Below are positions 51,201 to 62,644 of a stretch of DNA of 64,000 nucleotides, piece after piece. The notes below the pieces were generated by a model. That model made no database searches, was not told the origin of the DNA, and worked only from the letters and a program-made list of their open reading frames with translations. The first letter of the stretch is position 1. Every line of letters begins with the position of its first letter. A program made the position numbers and the translations under genes. The stretch is from Entomortierella parvispora E1425 (Eukaryota > Fungi > Mortierellomycota): contig BQFW01000008.1 of NCBI GenBank assembly GCA_020891255.1, positions 1,178,001-1,242,000 on the forward strand. The letters run 5' to 3'.

Positions 51201-51500
51201 AAGGCGCCCTGATTCTATCTCTGCTCTTTTTGACCGTTCTTGTGCCATGATTGCATCCTGATAAGAGTGCTGAAGGGTCTGCTGGGTCTGCTTGAGCTGG
51301 TTATAAAGTGCGGCATGGTCTGCCTGCAATGTTTGTAGGTCGCGGTAGCACGGGTCGCGGATGGAGACAGAGTGGACGGACAGGGTCGAATTGGATCCAC
51401 GTCGATTGTGACTTGGACCCTGCAGCCCATGGCTGCCGTTGTAGCTGCTCCTGCTGCTGCTGTTGCTGCGTGGAGGTGGGGTACTGCTGAACGACGACAT
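48268..51500 (-). CDS. Large coiled-coil / Ser-rich protein of unknown function (3 exons)
   Basis: Long ORFs 51500-51179, about 51070-50370 and about 50270-48268 join in phase by GT-AG introns. Heptad-rich segments (LQTLQADHAALYNQLKQ; LEQLKEENVSMRLELNDLRYR; SYMSLFESLQKKQANALTVAQAEIDLLR). Confidence 0.75.
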
Positions 51501-52742
51501 GTTTGGCTGTATCCCTTTTGAACCTTTTCCTTGTCTTTTACTTGTTGTAGGACTGAAGATCAGGCAATGATGATAACGATTGTGGAGATGGTATGGGGGG
51601 AAAGGGACAAAGGGTTAGTCGAAGAGTTTCCTGAACCAGACAAGCGCAAAAAAAAAAAACAAGAAAGATGTAAAGAGGTGAAGAGGGGAATAAGGATGGA
51701 ATGGGATCGTGGCCCTGCTGTACCACTCCAACTTCATCACCTCCACCACCACCCCCAAAGGGGCTTGTTGTCCTTCCAAGTCGTCTTCCAACCTCTATCG
51801 TTCGTGTGTTCATCCGTCTTTGTTGAAGAAGGAAAAATATATGCATCCCTGTCTAACGACGGTCAGAGTGACGATTAAAGGGGACAGAGCGAACGGTGTA
51901 GTGTAGGAGAAAAAGAGAGAAAAGACGGCCAGCAAAAGGAGAGACTGAAAGAAAGAACGAGAAAGAGGGAAGGGGTGACATTCGCTATCTCGCGACCCTT
52001 CCCCGACGTCTCACCAGCCTTGCGCCCATGTTGCACAAGACTCCATTTGTGTGTTTGACAGTGATCGGTGCCTATTGCTGCAGGCGTCGTTCGTGCATTG
52101 GAACCAGATGAATGCAATGTGGTCTTGGTCTGAAGACGCGAAGCAGCGCGGGTTGGCTCTCTTCTGTCTATTCCCATCGCGACATGGTCCAGAAAACAGT
52201 GGGCGCTGGGACATTGTCCACATTAGTGCATTAGATGCCAGTTTTGTCCAATCGATATCGGGCTAACGGTGTGCTCTTGACCCTACAGGCCACCGGCTTA
52301 CGTTGCTCACCCCACTTGGAGCCGACCATGGACCAAAGGTAAGGTGGTAAGGCGATATCAAATTTGCTCAATTAGCTGAAATAGAACTTTCCGGGCCATC
52401 TTGGTTTCTTTCGCCTTTTTTTGAACGCTGCCTTTGAATGGCGCACATTCGGAGCAATTATAACAGGTTCACGGATGACCCGGCACAGTCTCTATCTGTC
52501 GCATGGAGGCAAGCAGACTGTCGGTTTGAAGACTCTCCGACCAGTGGTCGTCCACCCTCGGTAAATTGTTCGCAGCTGCATTCGAAAATAGACCCAAGGA
52601 TGAGAGCCACTCCTGTTGTCCCCTCTCCTTACCAAAGAGCCCTTCTTGTCTTGCTGCAATCAGCAGCACCCATCCATACTGTTGTCCATGTACGAGGGCC
52701 TTGCCTTGCCACATCCCCCCAACCGCGCTTTTTTTGTTTTCT

Positions 52743-52749
52743 TATAAAT
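52743..52749 (+). promoter_or_regulatory. TATA box of the secreted Cys-rich protein gene
   Basis: TATAAAT about 150 bp upstream of the ATG at 52894. Confidence 0.45.
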
Positions 52750-52893
52750 GGCGCCCAGTATGTCGTTTCTTTTGTTTCCTTGTTCATTTTCGTACCTCAT
52801 TCCTGACACCAACCAACGCTGTCAATACTCTGCATACACTCCTCCATCTTTCAACCCTCTTTCACCCTTCCTTATCTCTACATCATATACAAT

Positions 52894-53931
52894 ATGCGCG
52901 CTACCACCCTCTTTATCGCATCTGCTGCCGTCCTGGCGCTTGGAACCCAAGCCCAAATCAAGGGCCAAATCGCCTCTTTGGACGCTGGTGACAATTACTG
53001 CTTCTTCCTTCCCCCCATGATTGGAGGAGACATTGCAGCTAATGAGGACAAGGCTATTGCTTTCTGCAACAAGCCTAACCCCAAGGCCCCCGGCGCCAAG
53101 ATCTTCCCTCCCGGATTTGTCCTCACTTCCCACTGGGCCACTGGCAAAGACTGGGTTCAGATCACTGTAAGGGATTCAACAGAAACAAAAAGAGGATGCG
53201 CGTCGCTGCACCTTGCACCTATAGATTACTCACCTTGCTATGATCGTGTTTCTTGACCATTTGGTTTTAGGGACAAATTGACCCCGTTCAATACGAGTTG
53301 AACCCCTGCGACACTGGTGGACAGGTAAAGTCTTGAGAGAACAATAATGTTGGCTAGGCCGATGAGCTAAAGTATTTTCCATTCCCCCCATTCTAACGTC
53401 TGTCCTTTCTTGCTTTTGTTTCTCCAATAGTACGATATCAAGGCCCCCGTCGGTGCCTCTTGCGCTGGCTTCAACTACTTTGTCAACGTGATTGAGCCCG
53501 AGATTGGTGTCTATGGCATGCGTTGTTGCCAGGTCAAGACTGACTGCGATGTCAACCATTCGACTTATGGTGTCAAGCGCATCTACGGTGAACAGTACGA
53601 CTTCTCCGGCCCTCGCCCTGATGGACCCTTGCCTTTGTCTCTCAAGTGCGTGAACGGTGCTCTTCCCGCCGGTATCACCATCCCCAAGGCTGGTGGCGTT
53701 GCCACAAACACCACTGTTGCCCCCAATGCTCAGTCCAGCAGTACTGCTCCTGCCTCTACCTCTGCCACGGCCCCTGCCACGGCCCCTGCCAACCCCAACC
53801 AGACCAACTCCAACGGCGGCGCTCCTGACGCTAAGGTTGCCTCCAAGGGTACCAGCGCCGGTGTTTCCAACACCGTGATGATGTCCACCACTGTTGTTGT
53901 GGCCTCTGTGGTTGCAGCCCTCTTGGTCTAA
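52894..53931 (+). CDS. Secreted, probably GPI-anchored Cys-rich cell-surface protein (possibly MP88/mannoprotein-like; 3 exons)
   Basis: Signal peptide MRATTLFIASAAVLALGTQA; Cys-rich domain (YCFFLPP...FC...C...C...RCC...DC); Ser/Thr/Ala/Pro stalk; hydrophobic C-terminal tail VMMSTTVVVASVVAALLV*. Confidence 0.8.
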
Positions 53932-54520
53932 AAAAAAAAGAAAAAAAAGACAAACGCACGCAATAAAGGTTTAGGACTGAACACGTTTGTTTCCATTGGA
54001 GCCGATCCTTAACGGTTTCTTTGAGAGCGAGGGAGGGCAGAGACAAGGAGAGAGGGGAGGAGAGGTCTGAGGGGGATGTACCAGCGTTCTTATCATCTGG
54101 TGGCTTCTGACCGTTATTACTCCTGACAAGGAGTTAAGTATGAGAAGTTTTACAATCGTGTCAGGTCATTGCGGTCCAAAAGCCAACTACGTTAGCAACA
54201 AGAAAAAAAAAGATATGAAAGTCCCTCCCTAACTTTGGTATCCCAACGGACCACGGCCGGACGTCCACACCAGACCAGCGACAGTTTTCCTCATCTTCGT
54301 AAAGCAAGCTTGGCTTACAGAGAAGGGAAAAAAAATATGTTCACCTTGGAATTTTTCTAGTGTTTTCTTTGCCAATGGGTCAGTGAATCATTAGGTCTGT
54401 AGTCAGGATTTGCCTTTGATGAAGGGTGTTGCTTTTTATTGTCAGCTTGACCAAAAGTCGGCATTTTTGATTGTCATTAATGTTTTTTTTTCTTCTTTTT
54501 TAGAACTCGTCCATGTGTAT

Positions 54521-55669
54521 TTATCGGCGACCAGGACTGCTTGAGCGTCCGGAACGACGTCCATTGTGACCTCCCCTGCTGCGTGATGTGAAGCCTCCCT
54601 TGCGACCACGATCCTCGGCCTGGTTGGGCTTGATGAAAGCAAAGTCGACGGTCAAGGTCTGATCCAACAGCTTGGATCCGTTCAAATGTGAGATAGCCTC
54701 CTGCGCTTGAGAATATTCGCCATACTCCACCAATGCATATCCCTACAAGCAAATAAAAAAAAAAGTGAGTAAGGTCGGCATGTCTATGGGCGCTGCATTT
54801 TTAAAAGATATTATTAATCAGTCAGAAAGATGCCTGGAATTACCTTGACATATCCTGTACGTCTGTCCAAGTTCAAGTGAATGTTCTTGACCTCGCCATA
54901 TTCTCCGAATTTGTCCTGGATATCTTCCTCGGTAGCCTCCTCATGAACACCTGTAACCAACACGATCCATCCCTCGACAGCTAAAAGAGACACGGGCCAG
55001 TCAATAAAGATATTTTCAAAAGGAGGTAAAATGCTTCTACCAAGTATACATACACTTCAATGCCTTTCCTGTGGCGCTGTCATCACCAGAGTTCAACTTC
55101 TCGAATGCAGATCCGTGGACTCCATCGCCTCGTTGATCTAAGAAAGAAACCGCGATATTGCAATTGGTTTATTAGTCCTGGCTCGCCTGGATGACTTGGT
55201 CCAATTTCCTTTCAATTCAAGCAAGTCAACTCTCCTACCTCCACTTTGGAAACCACGGCCCTTTCTCTTGATGGTTGTAATGGGGGCCTCTAAAAGATCC
55301 AATGATATTAAGTCCATGAAAGGTGAGTGAACTGTGGTCCTTTGAGCAAAAGTTCCTCGAACAGAGGTTTCCTTGATAAGCGGCTGGGCTGAGTCAAGTC
55401 TAGAGTGCTTGGTCCAGACATATGCTCTGGTTTGCAGACACTGTAGTCGTTTGGGCTTTTGCTTCCATGTCAAGAGTTCGTTAGAAGGGTAGACAGAGGT
55501 AGTGCGGTGCGGTCCTGTCAAAGTGCGGTCCTTCGTTTCTCATTGTTTGTCCATGGTGCATAGGCTGCGAATGAGTTGAACAACAGAGTCCTGCATTACC
55601 AGCCATCTCCTCGTCCTGCAGATCCTCGCCGGGCTTGAGGTTGAGGTCAATCTCGAATTTGTCGGTCAT
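54521..55669 (-). CDS. RBM8A: RNA-binding protein 8A / Y14, exon junction complex (5 exons)
   Basis: KRKGRGF (51-nt exon 55239-55289), [53 protein letters not shown] and an RS-like tail. Confidence 0.95.
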
Positions 55670-55852
55670 GGCTGGTCGTGGTGTGCGTGCGTGTGTGTTC
55701 GAGAAGAGGGGGATGACTGATTTGACCATCCATGGACCAGATCTCAAGAAAAAAGTGGCCCACGTCACCCTTAAGTGGGGAATTCCAGCCTTTTAACTTG
55801 CCCATGCTCACGTTCGCCTCCCGCATCTCTCAAACCCACACAACACGCGACA

Positions 55853-57454
55853 ATGATGCGAACAACCCTCAAGCCGAGACTCGCTCTCGCCCAGATCCCC
55901 CGGTCCACCCTCAGAACAACACATGCGGCAAGTCTAGACCTCCCTGCTTTTCGCATTTACTTCTCCCGGGTTTGTCTGTGAATGGACCTGAAATGCATCT
56001 TGGCTAACATTATGAGAACCCTTTCCCTGCTGTCCTCTATAGGCTATCTCTGCTCCTTCGGCTTTGATCCTGAGGAGATCCTATGCCACTCGATATGGAG
56101 ATGATGGTGGCTACACAAACTGGAGTGGCAGCGGTGGTCTTGGCGGCTCCAGAAGGTCTTTGCCTGTGAATACGGTATGACGCAAACCTCCGCTGCTACC
56201 CGACTTTTTTTTTTATTTTCGTGTCGTCTAACCGGTTCCCTTCGCTTCGATCTCTATAGGTGGTCAAGTTTGTCCCTCAGCAGGAGGCATGGATCGTTGA
56301 ACGCATGGGACGTTTCCACAGAACGTTGGAGCCAGGTCTTCAGATTTTGATGCCTTTCTTGGATCGTGTCCGCTATGTCAAGAGTCTCAAAGAAGTCGCG
56401 ATTGAAATTCCAAGTCAGAGCGCCATTACACAAGGTACAAAACGAGCAAGCCGAAACTGGAGAGACTTGATACTAGTTCCACCCTCTCGAAAGAGGGATA
56501 GAGGTCACTTACTACCTTGTTTCTGGTTCTCAAAATTGACTAGATAACGTAACGCTTGATCTGGACGGTGTTCTTTACTTCCGAGTCGTGGATCCTTACA
56601 AGGCTTCTTATGGAGTCGAGGACGCAGAGTTTTCGGTGGCGCAGCTCGCTCAAACAACCATGCGCGCTGAGATTGGACAAATGACGTTGGATCGAACCCT
56701 TGCAGAGCGTGCTCATTTGAACTCCAACATTGTGGAGGCCATCAACACAGCGGCAGCCGACTGGGGTATCCAGTGCTTGCGTTATGAGATCAGAGATATT
56801 CATCCCCCTGCCAAGGTCGTGGAGAGCATGCACCAGCAAGTGTCTGCGGAAAGAACCAAGCGTGCCCAGATTTTGGATTCCGAGGGTAAGAGCCTTGCGT
56901 TACCCAGCAGAAACATGTTGTTCGATACTCTGTTTCGTTAATAACGACTGATCAACAATAGGTTCTCGCCAGGCCGCTATCAATGTTGCGGAGGGTCATA
57001 AACAATCGACAATTCTCCAGTCTGAGGCCGACAAGTCGGAGCAGATCAACAGGGCAACCGGAGAGGCAGAGGCGATCCTCCTCCGCGCCCAAGCCACTGC
57101 AGAGGGAATCCGTCGCATTGCTGAAGCCATCACAAACACTCCTGGAGGTCACCATGCTGTCTCGTTGACGGTCGCTGACAAGTACGTCGACGCCTTTGCT
57201 CAATTGGCCAAGGAGACAAACACCTTGATCCTGCCTGCAACTGCCAACGATGCTGCGGGAATGGTTGCCCAGGTAATATTCAGAGCAGTTGATACCCTAT
57301 TGAAGTGCAATCCGTTCGGCAGAGTTTGCAATTTGCTGATGTTGCGCATGTTTTCTCTTTCCTCTAGGCATTGACAATCTACGATGGCATCACCAAGAAG
57401 CGCGGTATGATTACAGAGTCACCCACATCGGTGCCAGATATTCCAAAGCAATAA
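55853..57454 (+). CDS. STOML2: Stomatin-like protein 2 (SPFH/Band 7), mitochondrial (6 exons)
   Basis: Arg-rich presequence; FVPQQEAWIVERMGRFHRTLEPGL; IPSQSAITQDNVTL.LDGVLY; QLAQTTMRAEIG; WGIQCLRYEIRDI; AERTKRAQILDSEG; YVDAF.QLAKETNT. Confidence 0.93.
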
Positions 57455-57608
57455 ACAGAAGTGAGGTCCTCCTAAGTCTTAACAATCAAGAAATTGGGCA
57501 GTTTGTGGTTTTCTGTCTGTGTGTGCGCAGCCCCTGCGCTTATCCCCATTTTCACGATGTGCCCTCAACACGCTGTCTCTTGGATAGTCGGGACGATAAC
57601 GGAAAAGC

Positions 57609-57649
57609 GTTGGGGAGGGTAGGAGAGTTGGGGAGGGTAGGAGAGTTGG
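57609..57649 (+). repeat. 18-bp tandem repeat GTTGGGGAGGGTAGGAGA x2.3 (G-rich)
   Basis: Exact copies at 57609-57626 and 57627-57644. Confidence 0.9.
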
Positions 57650-58109
57650 CAAGGGTCTCCGGTACATTTGGAATCCTCATCATCGGCACAGATGCAAAGT
57701 GGCCCATGACCCATGAGGCATCCGCCCCAAGACAAGAAACGAACACGCACGCGCGCTCGGCTATTTTTTCATTCATTGCCTTATGCAGCCAACCAGTCGG
57801 GCCAGCGAACCCGCACAAGAAGAGAGCCCTGTGCTGGCGGTGCTTCCAAGGTTTCCCCTTGCGCCGCATTTGCTCCACACACTGACGTTCTTCTGTGCGC
57901 GTTGTGTCCACCTGCCCCGGCTCTACACTTTCTCCCGCAGCCATTCATGCTTCCCTCCTCTTCTTTTCTACTTTCCTCTCCAACCCACTCTCCTCCCCTC
58001 TCCTCTCCTCTCTTCCTTTACTCCCCCCTCACATCCGTGCTAACCTCATCCAGTCCCCCAACTCAAGACAGGCGTGTTTTTCTCACTCTCGTCAACCATC
58101 CAGTCAGCC

Positions 58110-59009
58110 ATGGACATTATCTCTCCGCACTTCCCTCTGTCGCTCGTGGCCGGGCTGACGCTCTATCCGCTGCTCTTTGGAGTTCTCAAACGACAGAAAT
58201 GGGTCAAGGAGATTCTACCTGTCAAGGTCGACAGTCAAAAGCATTACCATCTCGCCAACAAGATGGTGGCCTCGACTCATTCAACCGTCATGACCATGGT
58301 GGGGTCCTACCTCTTGTTGACGGTAGACTGGACTCGGAATGATATCTCGACCTACCAGAGTCTTATTACCCGTTTCCTCGTCGGACTCGAGCTCGGCTAC
58401 TTGACACAGGACACGGTCTTTGAGTTTTATCAAAGGACAGTGTTTGGGATTGGAAGCAACCTGATTCTTTTTCATCATGTGGCGGTCATCCTGGGGTCGG
58501 CCTACTATCTGCATTCTTTGACGTTGACGAACCCAGGGCCGTACTTTATCGGGATGTTGTCGCTGATGAACATGAGCACACCCATCCTGCACTTTCGATG
58601 GGCATTGCAGAGTCGGGGTCAGACGTTCATGAACTCGAGGTTGAAGAGGGTGGTGGACACGAGCCTGTTGGTGACCTATTTCTGGTGCCGGGTATTTGGC
58701 AATTGGTGGATGGGATACTCGATTGGAGCCAAGCTGGGTGTCAGCTGGTACGAGGCACCGCTGTATATTGGTAAAAAGTTTACAATCACGACGACGACCA
58801 TGTTTTTCATGAATGTAGCGTGGTGGTTGATCCTGGCCAAGCAGTGGACCAAGTCGGTCCAGGTGTTTTATTTTGGCAAGCAGCCACGAACACATGCAGA
58901 CAAGCACAGCAAGACGGACAAGACAGAGAAGACAGAGAAGGGAGACGCAGCAGACAGGGGAGCTAAAGCAAAAACAGTGGGCAATGGCAGCAACAAGAAA
59001 GAAGAATAG
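58110..59009 (+). CDS. TLC (TRAM/LAG1/CLN8) domain membrane protein, intronless
   Basis: Multi-TM ORF with NKMVASTHS, GYLTQDT, LFHH and LMNMSTPILHFRW motifs typical of TLCD proteins. Confidence 0.85.
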   Translation: MDIISPHFPLSLVAGLTLYPLLFGVLKRQKWVKEILPVKVDSQKHYHLANKMVASTHSTVMTMVGSYLLLTVDWTRNDISTYQSLITRFLVGLELGYLTQDTVFEFYQRTVFGIGSNLILFHHVAVILGSAYYLHSLTLTNPGPYFIGMLSLMNMSTPILHFRWALQSRGQTFMNSRLKRVVDTSLLVTYFWCRVFGNWWMGYSIGAKLGVSWYEAPLYIGKKFTITTTTMFFMNVAWWLILAKQWTKSVQVFYFGKQPRTHADKHSKTDKTEKTEKGDAADRGAKAKTVGNGSNKKEE

Positions 59010-59452
59010 AGGCAGGCAATCCAATCATCCTTAGTTTCGACATGGCATCCACTCCACGCGTTACAACCAATAATAAAAGCAGCGAAAGCAAAGATACCAC
59101 AATACCACTTCAACTTGTACCTACCTTGTGTCCCTGTCCATTCAAGTCCAGTCCACCCAACTCCACCCACGCAGCAAACGCGTCAACCGAAGACATCGTC
59201 TAAATGAAAAAGACAAAAATCCGAATCACGTGAACGTGGGAAATTCTGTGTCTTCCCCCCCACTCCCTCCCTCCTCCCTCACTCTCCCACCGCCACTTTC
59301 CCACTCTCTCCACCCACGGGTGTGCCAACTTTGCTCCATCTTTTTTTTTGTTTTCTTTTCCTTCCTCCTTCTCCATTGCCCCCCCTTTCTTCCCTTCCAT
59401 CCCTCTCTCTCCTCTCTTTCATCCCCTCATCCCCATCCTTCCTCCGTCTGCA

Positions 59453-62377
59453 ATGTCATCCTTCATGCTCTCTGCAAACAGAGCTGCCCTTCGCATGCGC
59501 TGGGGTACCACCCTCAACCAGGTCTCCATGAAGCCCATGCGCTGGTACACCACAGAGATTGGTAAAACCCCACACCTCGTCTCCTACTCCCGCTCCGCAT
59601 CTACTCCTTTTATTCTTGTCCCTTTCCTCTAACCCGATTACCTCCCATGCTGATCCTCTAGAGCGCAAGCCATTGTTCGACAAGATCCTCATTGCCAACC
59701 GGTAACGAATGTCACCTTTCTGATCGCCTTTCCAGTTTCAGGGGCAAAGAGACACATGACAACTGATACTGACCGGTCAACCTCCCTTTCTCTTATTTCT
59801 CTTATTAAAGTGGTGAGATCGCCTGCAGAATCATGCGCACCGCCAAGAAGTTGGGAATCAAGACTGTCGCCGTCTTCAGTGATGCCGATCGCAACGCTCT
59901 TCACGTCAAGATGGCAAGTTCGCGATCTTTGTTGCTTTTTTCGTCGTTGATACCTGTTTTTTTTTGTGGAAGAATGCCCAGTGAAGATCTCCATGGCTGA
60001 CCTTTAGTTGTTGTTTTGTTTTTGATAGGCTGATGAGGCTTACAACATTGGACCAGCTCCCTCAGCAGAGAGTTACTTGAAGGCTGACAAGATCATTGAG
60101 ATTGCTCGCAAGAGTGGAGCTCAGGTACGACTTGTTCTCAACTCGTTTCTTCCTTTTTTTTCAAACACTCGGGACCAACGCTCTGGGCTGCTTGTCCTTG
60201 GCATTTGTTTACTTTAACAGGGATGTACAAAAACAAAAGAAAGATCGGACATGTTGACATTTTTGTAATATCCTTTTGCTGCTTAGGCCATTCACCCTGG
60301 TTACGGATTCTTGTCCGAGAACGCCGGCTTTGCTGATCGTTTGGCCAAGGAGAACATCACCTTCATTGGACCCCCTGCCAGCGCCATGACCTCCATGGGA
60401 TCCAAGAGTGAGTCCAAGTTCATTATGCAGGCTGCCAAGGTCCCCGTTGTTCCAGGATACCACGGTGAGAACCAGGACGATGCCTTCTTGAAGGCCGAGG
60501 CTGCCAAGATTGGATACCCCGTTTTGATCAAGGCTGTTAAGGGTGGTGGAGGAAAGGGTATGCGTATTGTCGATACCCCCGAGGATTTCCAGTCCATGTT
60601 GGAGAGCTCCAGACGTGAGGCCATGAAGTCCTTCAGTGACGACAAGGTGTAAGTGTTTTTTTTTTATTTATTGGTGATACAAAAGCTTGTTATTTTTTCT
60701 TTTTTGCTTGGGTCCTAATGTTTGTAATTTCTATCCTCTAGCTTGGTCGAGAAGTACTTGGTCACCCCTCGCCACGTCGAGGTTCAGGTCTTTGCCGATA
60801 CCCTTGGAAACGCTGTTTACTTGTTTGAGCGCGACTGCAGTGTTCAGCGTAGACATCAGAAGATTCTCGAGGAGGCTCCTGCCGTAAGTTGTTTTTTTTT
60901 TTGCTCTCAGTTTCGGTCAAGGACGTATTTGTTAATGCGGCTGGGCATTTACTTATTGTCGACCTTTTTTTTCTTTTTGAACTCTAGCCTGGTCTCTCTG
61001 AGGAACTCAGACGCGAGTTGGGCGAGAAGGCCGTGGCTGCTGCCAAGGCCGTCAACTATGTGGGAGCTGGAACTGTCGAATTCATCATGGACAACACCGA
61101 TCAGAAATTCTACTTTATGGAGATGAACACCCGTCTTCAGGTCGAGCATCCCATTACCGAGATGATCACCCACACTGATTTGGTTCAGTGGCAACTCGAG
61201 GTTGCTGCCGGCAACCGCTTGCCCCAGCTCCAGGAAGAGCTCAAGAAGGACGGATGGGCTTTCGAGGCTCGTATCTATGCCGAGAACCCCAACAACAACT
61301 TCTTGCCCGATGTCGGACCTTTGATCCATGTCCAGACCCCCGAGGCCTCGGACAGTGTCCGTCTCGAGACTGGTTTCGTCCAGGGTGATGAGATCTCGGT
61401 CCACTATGACCCCATGATCGCCAAGTTGGTTGTCCACGGTGAGAACCGTACCGCTGCTCTCCGTATCTTGCGCAAGGCCTTGAGCGAGTACGAGGTTGTT
61501 GGACTGAACACCAACATTGAGTTCTTGAAGACTTTGGCCTCCCACCCAGCTTTCATTGCTGGAGAGGTCGAGACTGGATTCATTGGAAAGTACGAGGCAG
61601 ATATGTTCAAGCCCGCTCCTCCTTTGGACCCCGCTACCGTTGCTCAAGCTTCGTTGTCGATGGTCTTGAGAGATTTGGAGGCTTCTAAGCAGGCTGCCCT
61701 GGAGGCCGCCGATGCCACCTCTCCCTTCACTCTCAGCCCCGGTCTTCGCCTGAACGAGACGAGCGAACAAAAGTTGGCCTTCAAGCTTGAGGATCAGGAT
61801 GTCCAGGTCGGCGTCGAGTTCAACAAGGATGGAACCTACAACGTCCGTGTCCAGACCCCCAACAAGACCACTGTCTTCAACAAGGTTATTGCCAAGTTGA
61901 CAAAGGAGGGTGTGTTGGCTGAGATTGAGAACCGTTTGTACAAGTCGAATGTGATCCAGGAGGGTGATCAGGTCATTGTCTTTGCTGAGGAGGGCAAGGT
62001 CACCTTGGATGTGCCCCAGCCCAAGTTCTTGACGATGGGCAAGGAGGAGAAGGCCGGAAGCGTTCGCACACCCATGCCCTGCAAGATCTCGCAGGTTATG
62101 TGCAAGCCCGGCGATGTCGTTGTTAAGGGCCAGGCTCTTGTTATCCTTGAGGCCATGAAGATGGAGGTAAATTACTTTTACGATATGGAATGTTTTTTTT
62201 ATTCAAATGTTTGACACCCCAATACTAAACATTGTTGTTGTTGTTTTTTTAAACCATTAGCACATCATCAAGTCGCCCGTCTCTGGTGTTATCTCGGACG
62301 TCTTCTTCAACGTCGGCGAGATGGTTGCAGAGAACAAGAACTTGATTGCGTTCGAGGAGGCCGAGGAGGCCAAGTAA
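59453..62377 (+). CDS. MCCC1: 3-methylcrotonyl-CoA carboxylase alpha (biotin-containing) subunit, mitochondrial (8 exons)
   Basis: [75 protein letters not shown] and the biotin motif EAMKME|H. Intron 3 (59914-60028) is GC-AG. Confidence 0.93.
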
Positions 62378-62644
62378 ACACGAACGATGGTCAGTTTGGT
62401 AGACGAGTAAGGGAGAGAGGGAGCAAGATATAAAAATCATAGATCGCATATACACAGTTCATATATTCACAGCAAAATATGTTCGTTCATTTCCATGTTG
62501 GTATTGGGCAGAGGTATGGAACAACTCGATTAGATGCATGACCCAACAAGACGCAAAAGTCGATCTCTCAAAAGTTTTTTTTTTTTTACAAAAGGGTGTG
62601 GGTTATCGGGCCAAATCCAAGTCTTGTTATCTTGACCTTGCCAT

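Noticed and set aside
58281-59024. 247-aa minus-strand ORF
   Set aside because: Antisense to the TLC-domain gene, no motifs.
60949-61770. 273-aa minus-strand ORF
   Set aside because: Antisense shadow of MCCC1.
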